This document shows, piece after piece, positions 37,022 to 46,125 of a DNA stretch of 64,000 bases. Under the pieces are notes generated by a model. It was given only the letters and a program-made list of their open reading frames with translations, did not search any database and had not been told where the DNA came from. A program made the translations under genes and the position numbers. This DNA is from a bacterium (GTDB taxonomy: Bacteria > Actinomycetota > Thermoleophilia > Solirubrobacterales > Solirubrobacteraceae), in assembly GCA_021323635.1 (NCBI GenBank), contig JAJPKQ010000027.1:9563-73562 (forward strand), given 5' to 3'. Position 1 is the first letter of the stretch. Every line of letters starts with the position of its first letter.

Positions 37022-38332
37022 GTGGCGATGGTTGACCCCGCCGACAGGAGACGCATTGCTCTCTCGCGCCCGCTCGGGCGCCTGCGCCCGAGCTCAGGCG
37101 CGATGACCACGGTTGCGGTCGTGCACCTCTCCGCGGGAGGGCATGTGCGCCCGCTGACGCCGCTGGTGCGCGGTCTGCAGGAACGTGGGGCGCGCACGAT
37201 CCAGTGGGCGCTGCCGCAGTGGGAGGCCGAGTGCACGGCCGCCGGCGGGGAGTTTCGCCCGCTCCCGGACGTCGGGGTCGAGATGGAGAGCCCGCCACGC
37301 AACCTCGTGGGCGTCGCGCAGCGCATGGCGCTCGCTGCCGAGCGGCTGACGCCGTGGATGGCCCGGGAGCTTGAAGAGGTCGGCGCGGAGGTGATCCTTC
37401 GCGACACCCTCGCCCACTACGCCCGCTATGCCGGCTCTGCGCTCGGCATCCCGCAGGTGGCGTTCAGCGCTGCGATGGCCTTTCCGGCGAGCATTCGCAC
37501 GGCGCTTCAGCGCATGCCTGCGGCGACGCTGCGCAGGCTGCCGGCGGCGCTCGTCCAGCTGGGCGGCGGCGCTCCGCAGGCGCTGCGCATGCGCGTTGTC
37601 GCCAGGCGGCTGCAGGCCCGCTACGGGGTACCGCTCGGCGGCTGGATGGAGGTGCTTGGCGGTCGCTGCGGCGCCCCGACGCTGATCGGGACCGCCCGCG
37701 CGCTGCAGATCATGCCCGAGCTGCTCGAGGGCGAGCAGGTGCGCTTCGTGGGGCCGCTACGCGCCGCCGGCGAGCCGAGCGGCGACGATGAGCCGGCGCT
37801 CGCCGGCCTGGCCGCTGATGAGCAGCTCATCTACGTCTCGCTCGGGACGCTCTTCGAGAGTCGTCCTGCCTTCTTCCGTGCCGCCGCGCAGGCGCTTGCG
37901 GCGCCGCGGCGGCGGGTCATCCTCTCCGTCGGGCGGGTTGGGCTGCGGGAGCTGGGCCGTCTGCCTGAGGGCGTTCATGCCTACCCTCACGTCGACCAGC
38001 TTGCGGTGCTGCGCCGTGCCCAGCTCTTTGTCACCCATGGCGGCTTCAACAGCATCCAGGAGGGGCTGGTGGCGGGGGTGCCGCTGCTCGTCTACCCGCA
38101 GATGCAGGAGCAGGCGCTCAACGCTGAGCGCGTGGTCGAGCTTGGCGTGGGCGAGCGTCTGCGCCGCGCGGCTCCTGTGCGCATCGCCGCAGAGGTCGAT
38201 CGGCTGCTGTCAGATGTGCGCTTCAGTGCCGCTGCGCGCCAGCTCGGCGGGCGCCTGCGCGCGGCGGTGGACCTGGAGGGAGCGGTCGACGCCGTGCTCG
38301 GCGCCGCGCGTGCGCCGCAGCAGCGTTGGTAG
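37022..38332 (+). CDS. GT1 / MGT-family (macrolide-type) UDP-glycosyltransferase
   Basis: GHVRP, YVSLGT, PSPG-like FVTHGGFNSIQEG...PQMQEQ; start could be ATG 37103. Confidence 0.88.
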   Translation: MAMVDPADRRRIALSRPLGRLRPSSGAMTTVAVVHLSAGGHVRPLTPLVRGLQERGARTIQWALPQWEAECTAAGGEFRPLPDVGVEMESPPRNLVGVAQRMALAAERLTPWMARELEEVGAEVILRDTLAHYARYAGSALGIPQVAFSAAMAFPASIRTALQRMPAATLRRLPAALVQLGGGAPQALRMRVVARRLQARYGVPLGGWMEVLGGRCGAPTLIGTARALQIMPELLEGEQVRFVGPLRAAGEPSGDDEPALAGLAADEQLIYVSLGTLFESRPAFFRAAAQALAAPRRRVILSVGRVGLRELGRLPEGVHAYPHVDQLAVLRRAQLFVTHGGFNSIQEGLVAGVPLLVYPQMQEQALNAERVVELGVGERLRRAAPVRIAAEVDRLLSDVRFSAAARQLGGRLRAAVDLEGAVDAVLGAARAPQQRW

Positions 38333-38338
38333 GCTCCG

Positions 38339-39283
38339 GTGTCGATGCGCGCGGTGAGCATCCGCCAGGGAGCGATCGAGATCGAGGAGCACCCAGACCC
38401 GCTGCCGGGCTCCGGCGAGGTGCTTGTGCGGGTGCGCGCCGCGGGCCTGAATGGCGCGGACATGATGCAGCGCGCCGGCCGCTACCCGGCGCCGGCGGGA
38501 TCGCCGCAGGACATCCCCGGGCTTGAGCTTGCGGGCGAGGTTGCCGCGCTCGGGCCCGGCGCAAGCCGCTTTGCGGTGGGCGAGCGCGTGATGGCGATCG
38601 TCGGCGGCGGCGGTCAGGCGGAGCTTGCGCTCGTGCATGAGCGCCAGCTCATGCCGGTGCCAGAGGCGCTCTCCTGGACGGAGGCCGGAGGGCTGCCGGA
38701 GGTCTTCCTGACCGCGCACGATGCGCTCTTTGCCCAGGCGCAGCTGCGTCCGGGCGAGCGGCTGCTCGTCCACGGGGGCGCGGGCGGGGTGGGGACGGCC
38801 GCGATTCAGCTGGGTGCGCTCACCGGCGCGCGCGTGCTTGCAACCGTCCGCGATCCGTCGCTGCGTCCGGCGGTCGCGCAGCTTGGCGCGCAGGTGATCG
38901 CCCCGGAGGGCTTTGGCGAGCACGGCCCCTTTGACGTGATCCTCGAGCTTGTCGGGGCGCCCAACATCGCTGAGAACCTGAGCGCGCTTCGCGGCGGCGG
39001 GCGGATCGTCGTGATCGGGGTGGGGGCTGGCGCGAAGGCCGAGGTCAGCCTGCTGGCGCTGATGGCGGCGCGCGGGCGCATCCACGGCTCGACCCTGCGC
39101 GCGCGGCCGCTGGAGGAGAAGGCGCTGGCAAGCCGGCGCTTGGAGCGTGAGGTGCTGCCGGCCTTCGACGAAGGGCGCCTGCGGGTACCGATCGCGCAGA
39201 CCTACCCGCTGCAGCGCGCTGCAGAGGCATACGAGCGCTTTGCGCAAGGGGGCAAGCTCGGCAAGATCGTGCTTGAGCTATGA
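38339..39283 (+). CDS. NAD(P)H:quinone oxidoreductase (zeta-crystallin/PIG3 MDR family)
   Basis: AAGLNGAD, PGLELAG, GLPEVFLTAH, VHGGAGGVG, GKIVL. Confidence 0.92.
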   Translation: MSMRAVSIRQGAIEIEEHPDPLPGSGEVLVRVRAAGLNGADMMQRAGRYPAPAGSPQDIPGLELAGEVAALGPGASRFAVGERVMAIVGGGGQAELALVHERQLMPVPEALSWTEAGGLPEVFLTAHDALFAQAQLRPGERLLVHGGAGGVGTAAIQLGALTGARVLATVRDPSLRPAVAQLGAQVIAPEGFGEHGPFDVILELVGAPNIAENLSALRGGGRIVVIGVGAGAKAEVSLLALMAARGRIHGSTLRARPLEEKALASRRLEREVLPAFDEGRLRVPIAQTYPLQRAAEAYERFAQGGKLGKIVLEL

Positions 39284-39303
39284 GCGGCTGAGCGCGGACG
39301 CTC

Positions 39304-39909
39304 TCAATACGGCGGCTGCGCCGCCTGCCAGTCGCCGAGCACGCGGAAGGCATCCCAGAAGCGCTGCTTGGCCGAGCGCTCGTCCAGGCACTCATCGATG
39401 TTCGGGACAAACAGCGCGTCGATCATCGGCGTCAGCTCCTGAACGTGGCCCGGGGTCGCGGCAAGGGCGTGGCTGAGCGGGATCTGTAGGTCGTTCACGG
39501 TCGCCAGCGCCGGCTCTCCCATCAGCACGACGATCCTTGGCGAGATGATCGCGATCTCCTCGAGCAGGCGGCGCACGCAGGCAGGGTCGGCGAGCGTCGG
39601 GTCCTCCAGCGGGCACTTGACGCAGAGCGTCCCATAGACGGTCAGTGGATCGATCGCGAGGCGCTTGAAGGACTTCATCAGGGCGTTGCCCGAGCGGCCG
39701 TAGAAGGCGACGCCCTCTTCGATCTCCGAGGGCCTGGCGGAATGCTTGATCAGCATGATGTCCGCCTGCGGATGGCCGGAGCCGAGCACCGGCACCAGCG
39801 CCCCGCGCGGGCAGCCTGCGCAGGCGTGGATCTCGTGCGCGAGCGCGTTCAGCTCACGGATCGCGCGATCGAGGTAGCGCTCGCGGATCTCATCGTTGGT
39901 CTGCGGCAT
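39304..39909 (-). CDS. Uracil-DNA-glycosylase-superfamily (family 4-like) Fe-S protein with divergent active site
   Basis: CAGC...GSGHPQADIMLI...AFYGRSG...VKCP...C...IVVLMGEPA give the UDG4 architecture; GEAPG and HPS motifs are replaced. Confidence 0.75.
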   Translation of the reverse strand: MPQTNDEIRERYLDRAIRELNALAHEIHACAGCPRGALVPVLGSGHPQADIMLIKHSARPSEIEEGVAFYGRSGNALMKSFKRLAIDPLTVYGTLCVKCPLEDPTLADPACVRRLLEEIAIISPRIVVLMGEPALATVNDLQIPLSHALAATPGHVQELTPMIDALFVPNIDECLDERSAKQRFWDAFRVLGDWQAAQPPY

Positions 39910-39995
39910 CGGCTAGACCGCTTTTGACAGCAGCTCGCGGTGTCCTTGACGGTGCAGGATCGGTTGCGGCCCGCAACATCGCTCGCACGGCTCCC

Positions 39996-41981
39996 TCAGC
40001 GCGCCTGCCGGCTCGCCTCGCGCAGCCGTCGCAGCTGCGGGCCGCCGGCGCGCGTCTGGATCAGCTTCAGCGCCTGCACGTAGAGGAGGCTCTTGGGGCT
40101 GGCGATGATCTCGGCTTCTGCGAGCGCGGAGAGGAACTGCTGCGGTCCCTCGAAGTCGGGCATGCGCACGCGCACCGACCCCAGCCCCTGGGGAACATGG
40201 GCGTCGGAGCCGGCCCCGGCGAGGATGCGGTACTTGGCGGCAAAGCGCGCCGCCTCCTCGTTGAAGGCGGAGATCGCCACGCGCGCGTTATAGACCTCGA
40301 TCGCGTCGATCTGCGCAAGCAGCGGCAGCAGATTGGCGTAGTCGGGAACGGGGTGCAGGCGATCGAAGGGGTGCGGGATGTAGACGATGCCGCCCTGCGC
40401 CTTGATCTGAGCGATCGTCTCGGCGAGGCTCAGGCCGCGCGGGATCCGCTCGCTCAGAAAGAGCCCGATCACCTCCCCTTCAGAGGCGGTCTTGACCTCC
40501 TCGCCGACGATCACCTTCACGCCGTAGCGCTCGCCGAGCTCGGCTGCGGCGAGCGCGCCCGAGATCTCGTTGTGGTCGGTCACGGCGATGGCGCCCAGGC
40601 CGCGCTCGCGTGCGGTCGAGAGCAGCACCTCGACGGGCGTTGCGCAGTCCGGGGAGTGGTCGGTGTGCATGTGCAGGTCGACGTCGATCGCCTTTGTGCG
40701 CGCCTGCGCGCGCAGGGGCACGGGCGGAGCGTGGCGGCGCGCGATCAGCTCTTCGTAGATCGCCTCGGTCTCCTGCGCTGCGCGCTGCCAGCTGTGCGCG
40801 GCGGCAAACGACTTTCCGGCCCGCGCGAGGCGCTCGCGCAGAGGCCGATCGCCGATCAGCCGCTGCAGCTGCGCAAGCAGCCCCGCGAGGTCGCCTGGCT
40901 CAAAGAGCAGCCCCCGCTCCCCCTCCCCCAGCAGCTCCTCGTGGAGAGGGACGCGGGAGGCGAGCACAGCGGCTCCTGAGCCGAGCGCTCGCAGCAGCCC
41001 GGGATGGTCCGGAGCGGCGCCGCTTGAGGCGAACACGGCGATGTCGGCGCCCTCGCAGAGCTCTTCGCGCTCGGTGGCCGGCACGCTTGTGAGGCGCACG
41101 CGCTCGCGCAGGGCACCGCGCAGCGTCGCGAGCGCACGCTCAGGGCGATCCTCGATGGTCGGCGTCGCGACGAGCGCCTGCCAGCGCAGGCGCTCGGGCA
41201 GGCGGCGCAGCGCGCGCAGATGGAGGCGCAGCGCGGCGCGCTCCTCGGCTGCGGCGTAGAGGATGCGCGTCGGGTCCGTCGCCTGCCCGCGGGCGTCGGC
41301 TGCCTGGCGAGCGGAGCCGGTCGCCAGCGGCCAGAGCGCCGAGGCGCTCTGTGGCACGCCCTGCTTGCCCTCAGAGCCGCGCAGGCTCCATCCGGGTGCG
41401 ACGATTTCGCAGCGCACGGCGAGCAGCTCTGCGGCGGCGGCAGCGGCCGCGGCAGAGGGGGCGCTTGCCGCATCGATGCGCCCGAAGAGGCTGATCGACT
41501 CGCCGATCCGCCGGCTGAGCTCGCGCAGCGGCGTGCCCGCGGCGAGGTGGAAGGTTGCGGTGTTGAGCGAGCGCGAGTGGCGCAGCGCCGCGCTTGCGGC
41601 ACCGGCCGGCAATGGGTCGTGGACGTGGAGGAGGTCGATGGCGACCGCTGCGAAGAGCTCCTCGAGCGCCCGGCCCTGCTCTATCGAAACCGTGGCGCCC
41701 GGGGCGCGCGGGCGCGAGGGCGCGCCGCTGCGCACAGCCTCTGCGATTGCGATGAAGCCCTCGCTGTCGGCCGCCTGGGCAAGCGTGGCGATCTCAGCGT
41801 GAGCACGCAGCGCGGCGCGGGTGGCGCGGACGCGATTGGCCGAGCGCGAAGGAGCGATCGCGACCGCCGTGTGTCCGCGCGCGCGCAGCGCCTCGGTCAG
41901 ACGCGCGATGTGCGCGTTGACCGGGTGCTCGCTCTCGATCGGGTACGGGCTGACGTGGGCGATGGCAAGGCGGCTCTCCAT
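39996..41981 (-). CDS. Fusion: PimA-like GT4 domain (degenerate) + PHP-family metallophosphoesterase
   Basis: N-terminal IAHVSPYP...L...GH...IAPS and LLHVHDP (GT-B fold); C-terminal PHP motifs DLHMHT, VTDHNE, GEEV, IPHPFD, AGSDAH. Start trimmed to MESRL (GATAAT upstream). Confidence 0.85.
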   Translation of the reverse strand: MESRLAIAHVSPYPIESEHPVNAHIARLTEALRARGHTAVAIAPSRSANRVRATRAALRAHAEIATLAQAADSEGFIAIAEAVRSGAPSRPRAPGATVSIEQGRALEELFAAVAIDLLHVHDPLPAGAASAALRHSRSLNTATFHLAAGTPLRELSRRIGESISLFGRIDAASAPSAAAAAAAAELLAVRCEIVAPGWSLRGSEGKQGVPQSASALWPLATGSARQAADARGQATDPTRILYAAAEERAALRLHLRALRRLPERLRWQALVATPTIEDRPERALATLRGALRERVRLTSVPATEREELCEGADIAVFASSGAAPDHPGLLRALGSGAAVLASRVPLHEELLGEGERGLLFEPGDLAGLLAQLQRLIGDRPLRERLARAGKSFAAAHSWQRAAQETEAIYEELIARRHAPPVPLRAQARTKAIDVDLHMHTDHSPDCATPVEVLLSTARERGLGAIAVTDHNEISGALAAAELGERYGVKVIVGEEVKTASEGEVIGLFLSERIPRGLSLAETIAQIKAQGGIVYIPHPFDRLHPVPDYANLLPLLAQIDAIEVYNARVAISAFNEEAARFAAKYRILAGAGSDAHVPQGLGSVRVRMPDFEGPQQFLSALAEAEIIASPKSLLYVQALKLIQTRAGGPQLRRLREASRQAR

Positions 41982-42235
41982 GGCATCTCGATTATCGCGC
42001 GGATCGCACGCTGGCTGTGGCGACCGTCGCTTGCCGCCCCACATCATGCTGCGTGGAGTCCAACCGCTGTCCAAAGCGAGCGCACGAGATTCCGGCCATC
42101 CGGCCCTACGACTTCTGAGTGCTCGCTGCGATCTTGCTTGGTGCGCTACGCGGAAGCAGCGGGCAGACGGCGCCCCGCCCGGCGGCCGCGCAGCGCCCAA
42201 GCTAAAACCACCCACGAGCAGGAAGGGCATTGCAG

Positions 42236-42421
42236 ATGTCGATACACGATCAGCTTGTCGAGCAGGCCTTCAGACGCTACGAGCTGCAGCAGCGCAGCGC
42301 GCGGATGGCGGATCCGGCAGCCTCCGAGCCGCGCGAGGGCGCCCGCAGCAGCCCTCGCATCGCCCATGGGCCCGCGGGCGGCTGCAGGCGCGTCTTTGTG
42401 TTGGTCGGCGCCTCCTCCTAG
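42236..42421 (+). CDS. Possible small protein (61 aa)
   Basis: GGAAGGG 8 nt upstream of ATG in an otherwise intergenic region; no recognisable motif. Confidence 0.3.
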   Translation: MSIHDQLVEQAFRRYELQQRSARMADPAASEPREGARSSPRIAHGPAGGCRRVFVLVGASS

Positions 42422-42524
42422 TCGGCCCCACGTATTCGGCGGCATCGCTAGGCGGCGCGATCAGGGTGTACCCGGGTCGCGCCGCCGTCGGCTTTGTGCC
42501 CGCGTCGGGTCTTGCCCGGCGAGG

Positions 42525-42923
42525 CTAGCTGAGCCTCAGCGCCCGCACGGAGGCGTGCTGCTCGGCCGCAGCGGCAAGCGCCGCGTCCTTCGTCGCCAGC
42601 GACTCTTGGAGGCTCTCGGCCAGCGCGAGGAAGAGCGCATCTGCGATCGTGAGGTTGTGGCGCAGCTGCCATGCGCGCTCGCGCAGCGAAAGCGAGGGGA
42701 AGAGCTCGATTGGGACATCTCCAAGGTCGGCTATCGCCCCGGCGAGACGCTGCTCCGGGAGCGTGCCGCGAAGCGCCTCGCGACGGAAGACCGCAAGGGT
42801 CTCGAAGACGATGAGGTCGGGAGCTGCAAGCTCGCCCTCGTCGTCGAACAGCCTCTGCACCTGGTCGGCGGCGCCGCCGCCAAGCAGGTAGTCGATCAGG
42901 GCTGAGGTATCAAGTACGGTCAC
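42525..42923 (-). CDS. vapC: VapC-family PIN-domain toxin
   Basis: TVLDTSA, APDLIVFE, NLTIADALFLALAE, LATKD acidic PIN tetrad. Confidence 0.92.
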   Translation of the reverse strand: MTVLDTSALIDYLLGGGAADQVQRLFDDEGELAAPDLIVFETLAVFRREALRGTLPEQRLAGAIADLGDVPIELFPSLSLRERAWQLRHNLTIADALFLALAESLQESLATKDAALAAAAEQHASVRALRLS

Positions 42924-43153
42924 TCGCCCCGCTCTCGCAGCAGGCGGACGACTTGCTCGCTTGGCTCTGGGGGCTGGAGGGCTCCTCGTGCCTGGATGCG
43001 CGCCTGCAGCTCCGATGGGGTCGGACGAGCTGCCGAGCGGGCAAGGAGGCCTCTGAGGTACTCGGAGAGCGAGAGCCCCGCCGCGGCCGCGCGCGCCTTG
43101 AGGGTGCGGTGCACCTCATCGGGCACGTCACGAACCTGGACCAAGACGCCCAT
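42920..43153 (-). CDS. FitA/VapB-like ribbon-helix-helix antitoxin
   Basis: VQVRDVPDEVHRTLKARAAAAGLSLSEYLR; 4-nt overlap with the vapC start. Confidence 0.88.
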   Translation of the reverse strand: MGVLVQVRDVPDEVHRTLKARAAAAGLSLSEYLRGLLARSAARPTPSELQARIQARGALQPPEPSEQVVRLLRERGE

Positions 43154-43237
43154 ACACCACAGCATCTTATCATGCGCTGTACATGCATTCTGGCGCGCGC
43201 GCCGCCGTTGGCGCGGGCCTGTGGCTGGCGATGGGGC

Positions 43238-44485
43238 TCAGGCCCGAGTCGCGCCGCGCGCTCGGCGCGGCGCCTTGGAGGGGCGTGCGGGCGCCTTCGC
43301 ACCGCGCGCGTAGCGGGCGATGAAGCGCTCGGTCTCCGCGCGCGCCTCGTTGTCGGGGCGCTGGTGCTTGGGCGACTTCATCAGGTAGGAGGAGGGACCG
43401 TCGAGCTGGCCGCCGACGCCGTGGTTCAAGGCGAGCTTGCAGCAGCGCACCGCATCGATCACGATCCCCGCGGAGTTGGGCGAGTCCCATACCTCGAGCT
43501 TGAGCTCGACGTTCAGGGGCACGTCGCCGAAGGCCTGGCCCTCGACGCGGATGTGCGCCCACTTGCGGTCGGTCAGCCAGGGCACGTAGTCGGAGGGGCC
43601 GATGTAGATGTCCTCCGCGGGCAGCTGCTCGTCCATGATCGAGGTGACCGCGTTGGTCTTCGAGATCTTCTTGGACTCAAGGCGCTCGCGCTCGAGCATG
43701 TTGTAGAAGTCCATGTTGCCGCCGACGTTCAGCTGCGAGGTGCGCACCATCTTCACGCCGCGGTCGGCGAAGAGCCGCGCGAGCGTCCTGTGCACGATCG
43801 TCGCCCCGACCTGCGACTTGATGTCATCGCCCACGATCGGCAGCCCTGCGCGGGCAAAGCGCCGCTCCCAGTACTCCTCGCGGGCGATGAACACGGGGAT
43901 GCAGTTGACAAAGCCGCAGCCGGCCTCGAGGATCTGCTCGACGTACCACTTGGTGGCCTGCTCGGAGCCGACTGGGAGGTAGGAGACGACCACATCGGTG
44001 CGCGTCTCCTTCAGGATCGAGACGATGTCGGCGGTCTCGCCCGGCGCCTTCGTGATCTTCTCCTTCAGGTACTTGCCGAGCCCGTCGTGGGTCATGCCGC
44101 GGTGCACCGGCACGCCGAGCTTCCTTGGCACCTTGGCAAAGCGGATAGTGTTGTTCTGCCCGGCCCAGATCGCCTGCCCGAGATCCTTGCCCACCTTCGC
44201 CCGGTCGATGTCGAAGGCGGCGGTGAAGACGATGTCGCGGACGTGGTAGCCGCCGAGGTCCACGTGCATCAGCCCGGGGACGCGCTCGGAGGGGTCGGCG
44301 CCAGCGTAGTAGTGGACGCCCTGGACGAACGCGGAGGCGCAGTTGCCGACGCCGATGATCGCCACCCGCACCTGCTCGCTCTGGTGGCGCGAGCGCCCGT
44401 TCTGCACCGCGGGCAGGTGCTGCAGCGGCTGCTGCACAGCGTGTGTGCCGTTGGCGGTCGCGTTGTCGAGGCTGCGCTCTGCCAT
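43238..44485 (-). CDS. ino1: myo-Inositol-1-phosphate synthase (actinobacterial type)
   Basis: [64 protein letters not shown]. Confidence 0.97.
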   Translation of the reverse strand: MAERSLDNATANGTHAVQQPLQHLPAVQNGRSRHQSEQVRVAIIGVGNCASAFVQGVHYYAGADPSERVPGLMHVDLGGYHVRDIVFTAAFDIDRAKVGKDLGQAIWAGQNNTIRFAKVPRKLGVPVHRGMTHDGLGKYLKEKITKAPGETADIVSILKETRTDVVVSYLPVGSEQATKWYVEQILEAGCGFVNCIPVFIAREEYWERRFARAGLPIVGDDIKSQVGATIVHRTLARLFADRGVKMVRTSQLNVGGNMDFYNMLERERLESKKISKTNAVTSIMDEQLPAEDIYIGPSDYVPWLTDRKWAHIRVEGQAFGDVPLNVELKLEVWDSPNSAGIVIDAVRCCKLALNHGVGGQLDGPSSYLMKSPKHQRPDNEARAETERFIARYARGAKAPARPSKAPRRARGATRA

Positions 44486-44517
44486 GGGCGCTCAGACTAC
44501 TCCAAAGGCGCTCATCG

Positions 44518-45294
44518 TCACGCGCCGGGGGAGGCTGCTTCGCGCAGCAGCTGGCGACGGACGTGGGCGATCCGCTGGCCGACGGTCAGCACGGCAAGCC
44601 CCGCCAGGACGTAGATCGCCGGTTCGAGCGCGCTGAAGTGCGCAAGCGAGGCGCCGCGCGCAAAGAGCAGGCCGATCGCGATGATCACGACGCGCAGCGG
44701 CCTGCTTGCCAGGCCGACCTTGCACTCCACGCCCAGCGCCTCCGCGCGGGCGCGGGTGTAGGAGACCATCAGCGAGGCAAGCACCGCGATCACGACGGCT
44801 GCGACAGCGCCCGATCGGCCTTCGGCGGCAAAGCGCGCGGCGACCGCTGCCAGCACGACCCCCTCCTCGATGCGGTCGAGCGTCGAGTCGAGGAAGGCGC
44901 CGAACGGCGTTCCCTTGCCGGACATGCGCGAGTAGGTGCCATCGAGCGTGTCCATGATCGAGCCGATGATGAAGGTGATCCCGGCAAGGAAGAAGAGCTG
45001 CTCGAGCACGAGCGCCGCCGCGGCCAGGTTGAGCGCCAGGCCGCTCAGCGAGATCGCGTTGGGGGTCAGTCGCGATTCGATCAGGCGCTCGCGCACGAGC
45101 GCCCGCGCAGGGGGGCGCTCCGCGGCGCTGCGGCCCCGCGCACGCAGCGAGCCTGCGGTGGCCCGTCCGCCTGCGCGCAGCCTGGCACCTGCACGCTCAT
45201 GCGAGCGCGCGCGACGCCGCTGTGTTCGGCGCGCCCTGGCGGTCGCCGTCCGGGAGGGAGTCGCGCCGCGGTCGGATGAGGGGGGACGATCCAT
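44518..45294 (-). CDS. pgsA: CDP-alcohol phosphatidyltransferase, probable phosphatidylinositol-phosphate synthase
   Basis: LTPNAIS, signature DTLDGTYSR...GAFLDSTLDRIEE, VSYTRARAEALG; adjacent to ino1. True start may lie downstream of 45294. Confidence 0.88.
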   Translation of the reverse strand: MDRPPSSDRGATPSRTATARARRTQRRRARSHERAGARLRAGGRATAGSLRARGRSAAERPPARALVRERLIESRLTPNAISLSGLALNLAAAALVLEQLFFLAGITFIIGSIMDTLDGTYSRMSGKGTPFGAFLDSTLDRIEEGVVLAAVAARFAAEGRSGAVAAVVIAVLASLMVSYTRARAEALGVECKVGLASRPLRVVIIAIGLLFARGASLAHFSALEPAIYVLAGLAVLTVGQRIAHVRRQLLREAASPGA

Positions 45295-45315
45295 GTGCGA
45301 ATGCCCAGTGCGACC

Positions 45316-46125
45316 TTAGCCGGTTGTGCTCGTCGCCGGGGTCAGTGGCTTGTAGAGCGTCTGCCAGGCGCGCTCCGCCCAGCCGGCGAGCAGACGCGCT
45401 AGCGCTGCGGTGATCACGCCAAGGATCGTATCGAGGATGAAGTGGTTGCCGGTCGCAATGATGACGAAGGCGATCAGCAGCGGGTAGAGGACCCAGAGCG
45501 CGCGCACGAGCAGCAGCTTCGTCTCTCGTGCCAGCGGCCAGCCGATGATCAGCGCAAAGGCGATATGCATCGAGGGGATCGCGGCATAGGGGTTGAAGAA
45601 GTCGGAGAAGAGGGCGCTGGACTGGGACATCTTCAGGCCCGTCACATCGGAGACCGAGTCGACGAAGCCCCACTCGGGAAGGAAGCGCGGCGGTGCCGTC
45701 GGATAGAGGTAGTAGCCGATCAGCGCCAGCCCCAGCGCTATCAGCAGGGTGTTGCGCACCGTGACGAAGACGGGGTTGCGGTAGAAGTAGATGAACAGAA
45801 GCGCAGCGACGGTGACGGTGAACTGCGCGTTTACGTACAACCAGCCGGCGATCGCCATCAGCGTGTGGGAGCCCGAGGCCCAGGTCTGGACGGCGGGCTC
45901 GACGAAGATGTGCACCGAGCGCTCGAGCGAGATCACTTCGCGCGCATGCTGGAATGCCGCGGTGCCGTCGTTCTCGACCACGCCGCGCACGACACGGTAG
46001 GCGACGTAGGCAAGGGCGAAGTAGCCGACCTGTCGCAGGAGATCGACGGGGCTGGCGGGAAAGCCCGGCCAGCGTATGCGCTTGAGCGGGGTGCGCACCC
46101 GCGGGAGCCTAGCGCAGGCCGCCAC
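45316..46125 (-). CDS. PAP2_3 / AUR1 (inositol-phosphoceramide-synthase-like) membrane phosphotransferase or phosphatase
   Basis: YPTAPPR, YAAIPSMH, ATGNHFILD catalytic His/His/Asp arrangement; about 6 TM helices. Confidence 0.82.
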   Translation of the reverse strand: MAACARLPRVRTPLKRIRWPGFPASPVDLLRQVGYFALAYVAYRVVRGVVENDGTAAFQHAREVISLERSVHIFVEPAVQTWASGSHTLMAIAGWLYVNAQFTVTVAALLFIYFYRNPVFVTVRNTLLIALGLALIGYYLYPTAPPRFLPEWGFVDSVSDVTGLKMSQSSALFSDFFNPYAAIPSMHIAFALIIGWPLARETKLLLVRALWVLYPLLIAFVIIATGNHFILDTILGVITAALARLLAGWAERAWQTLYKPLTPATSTTG

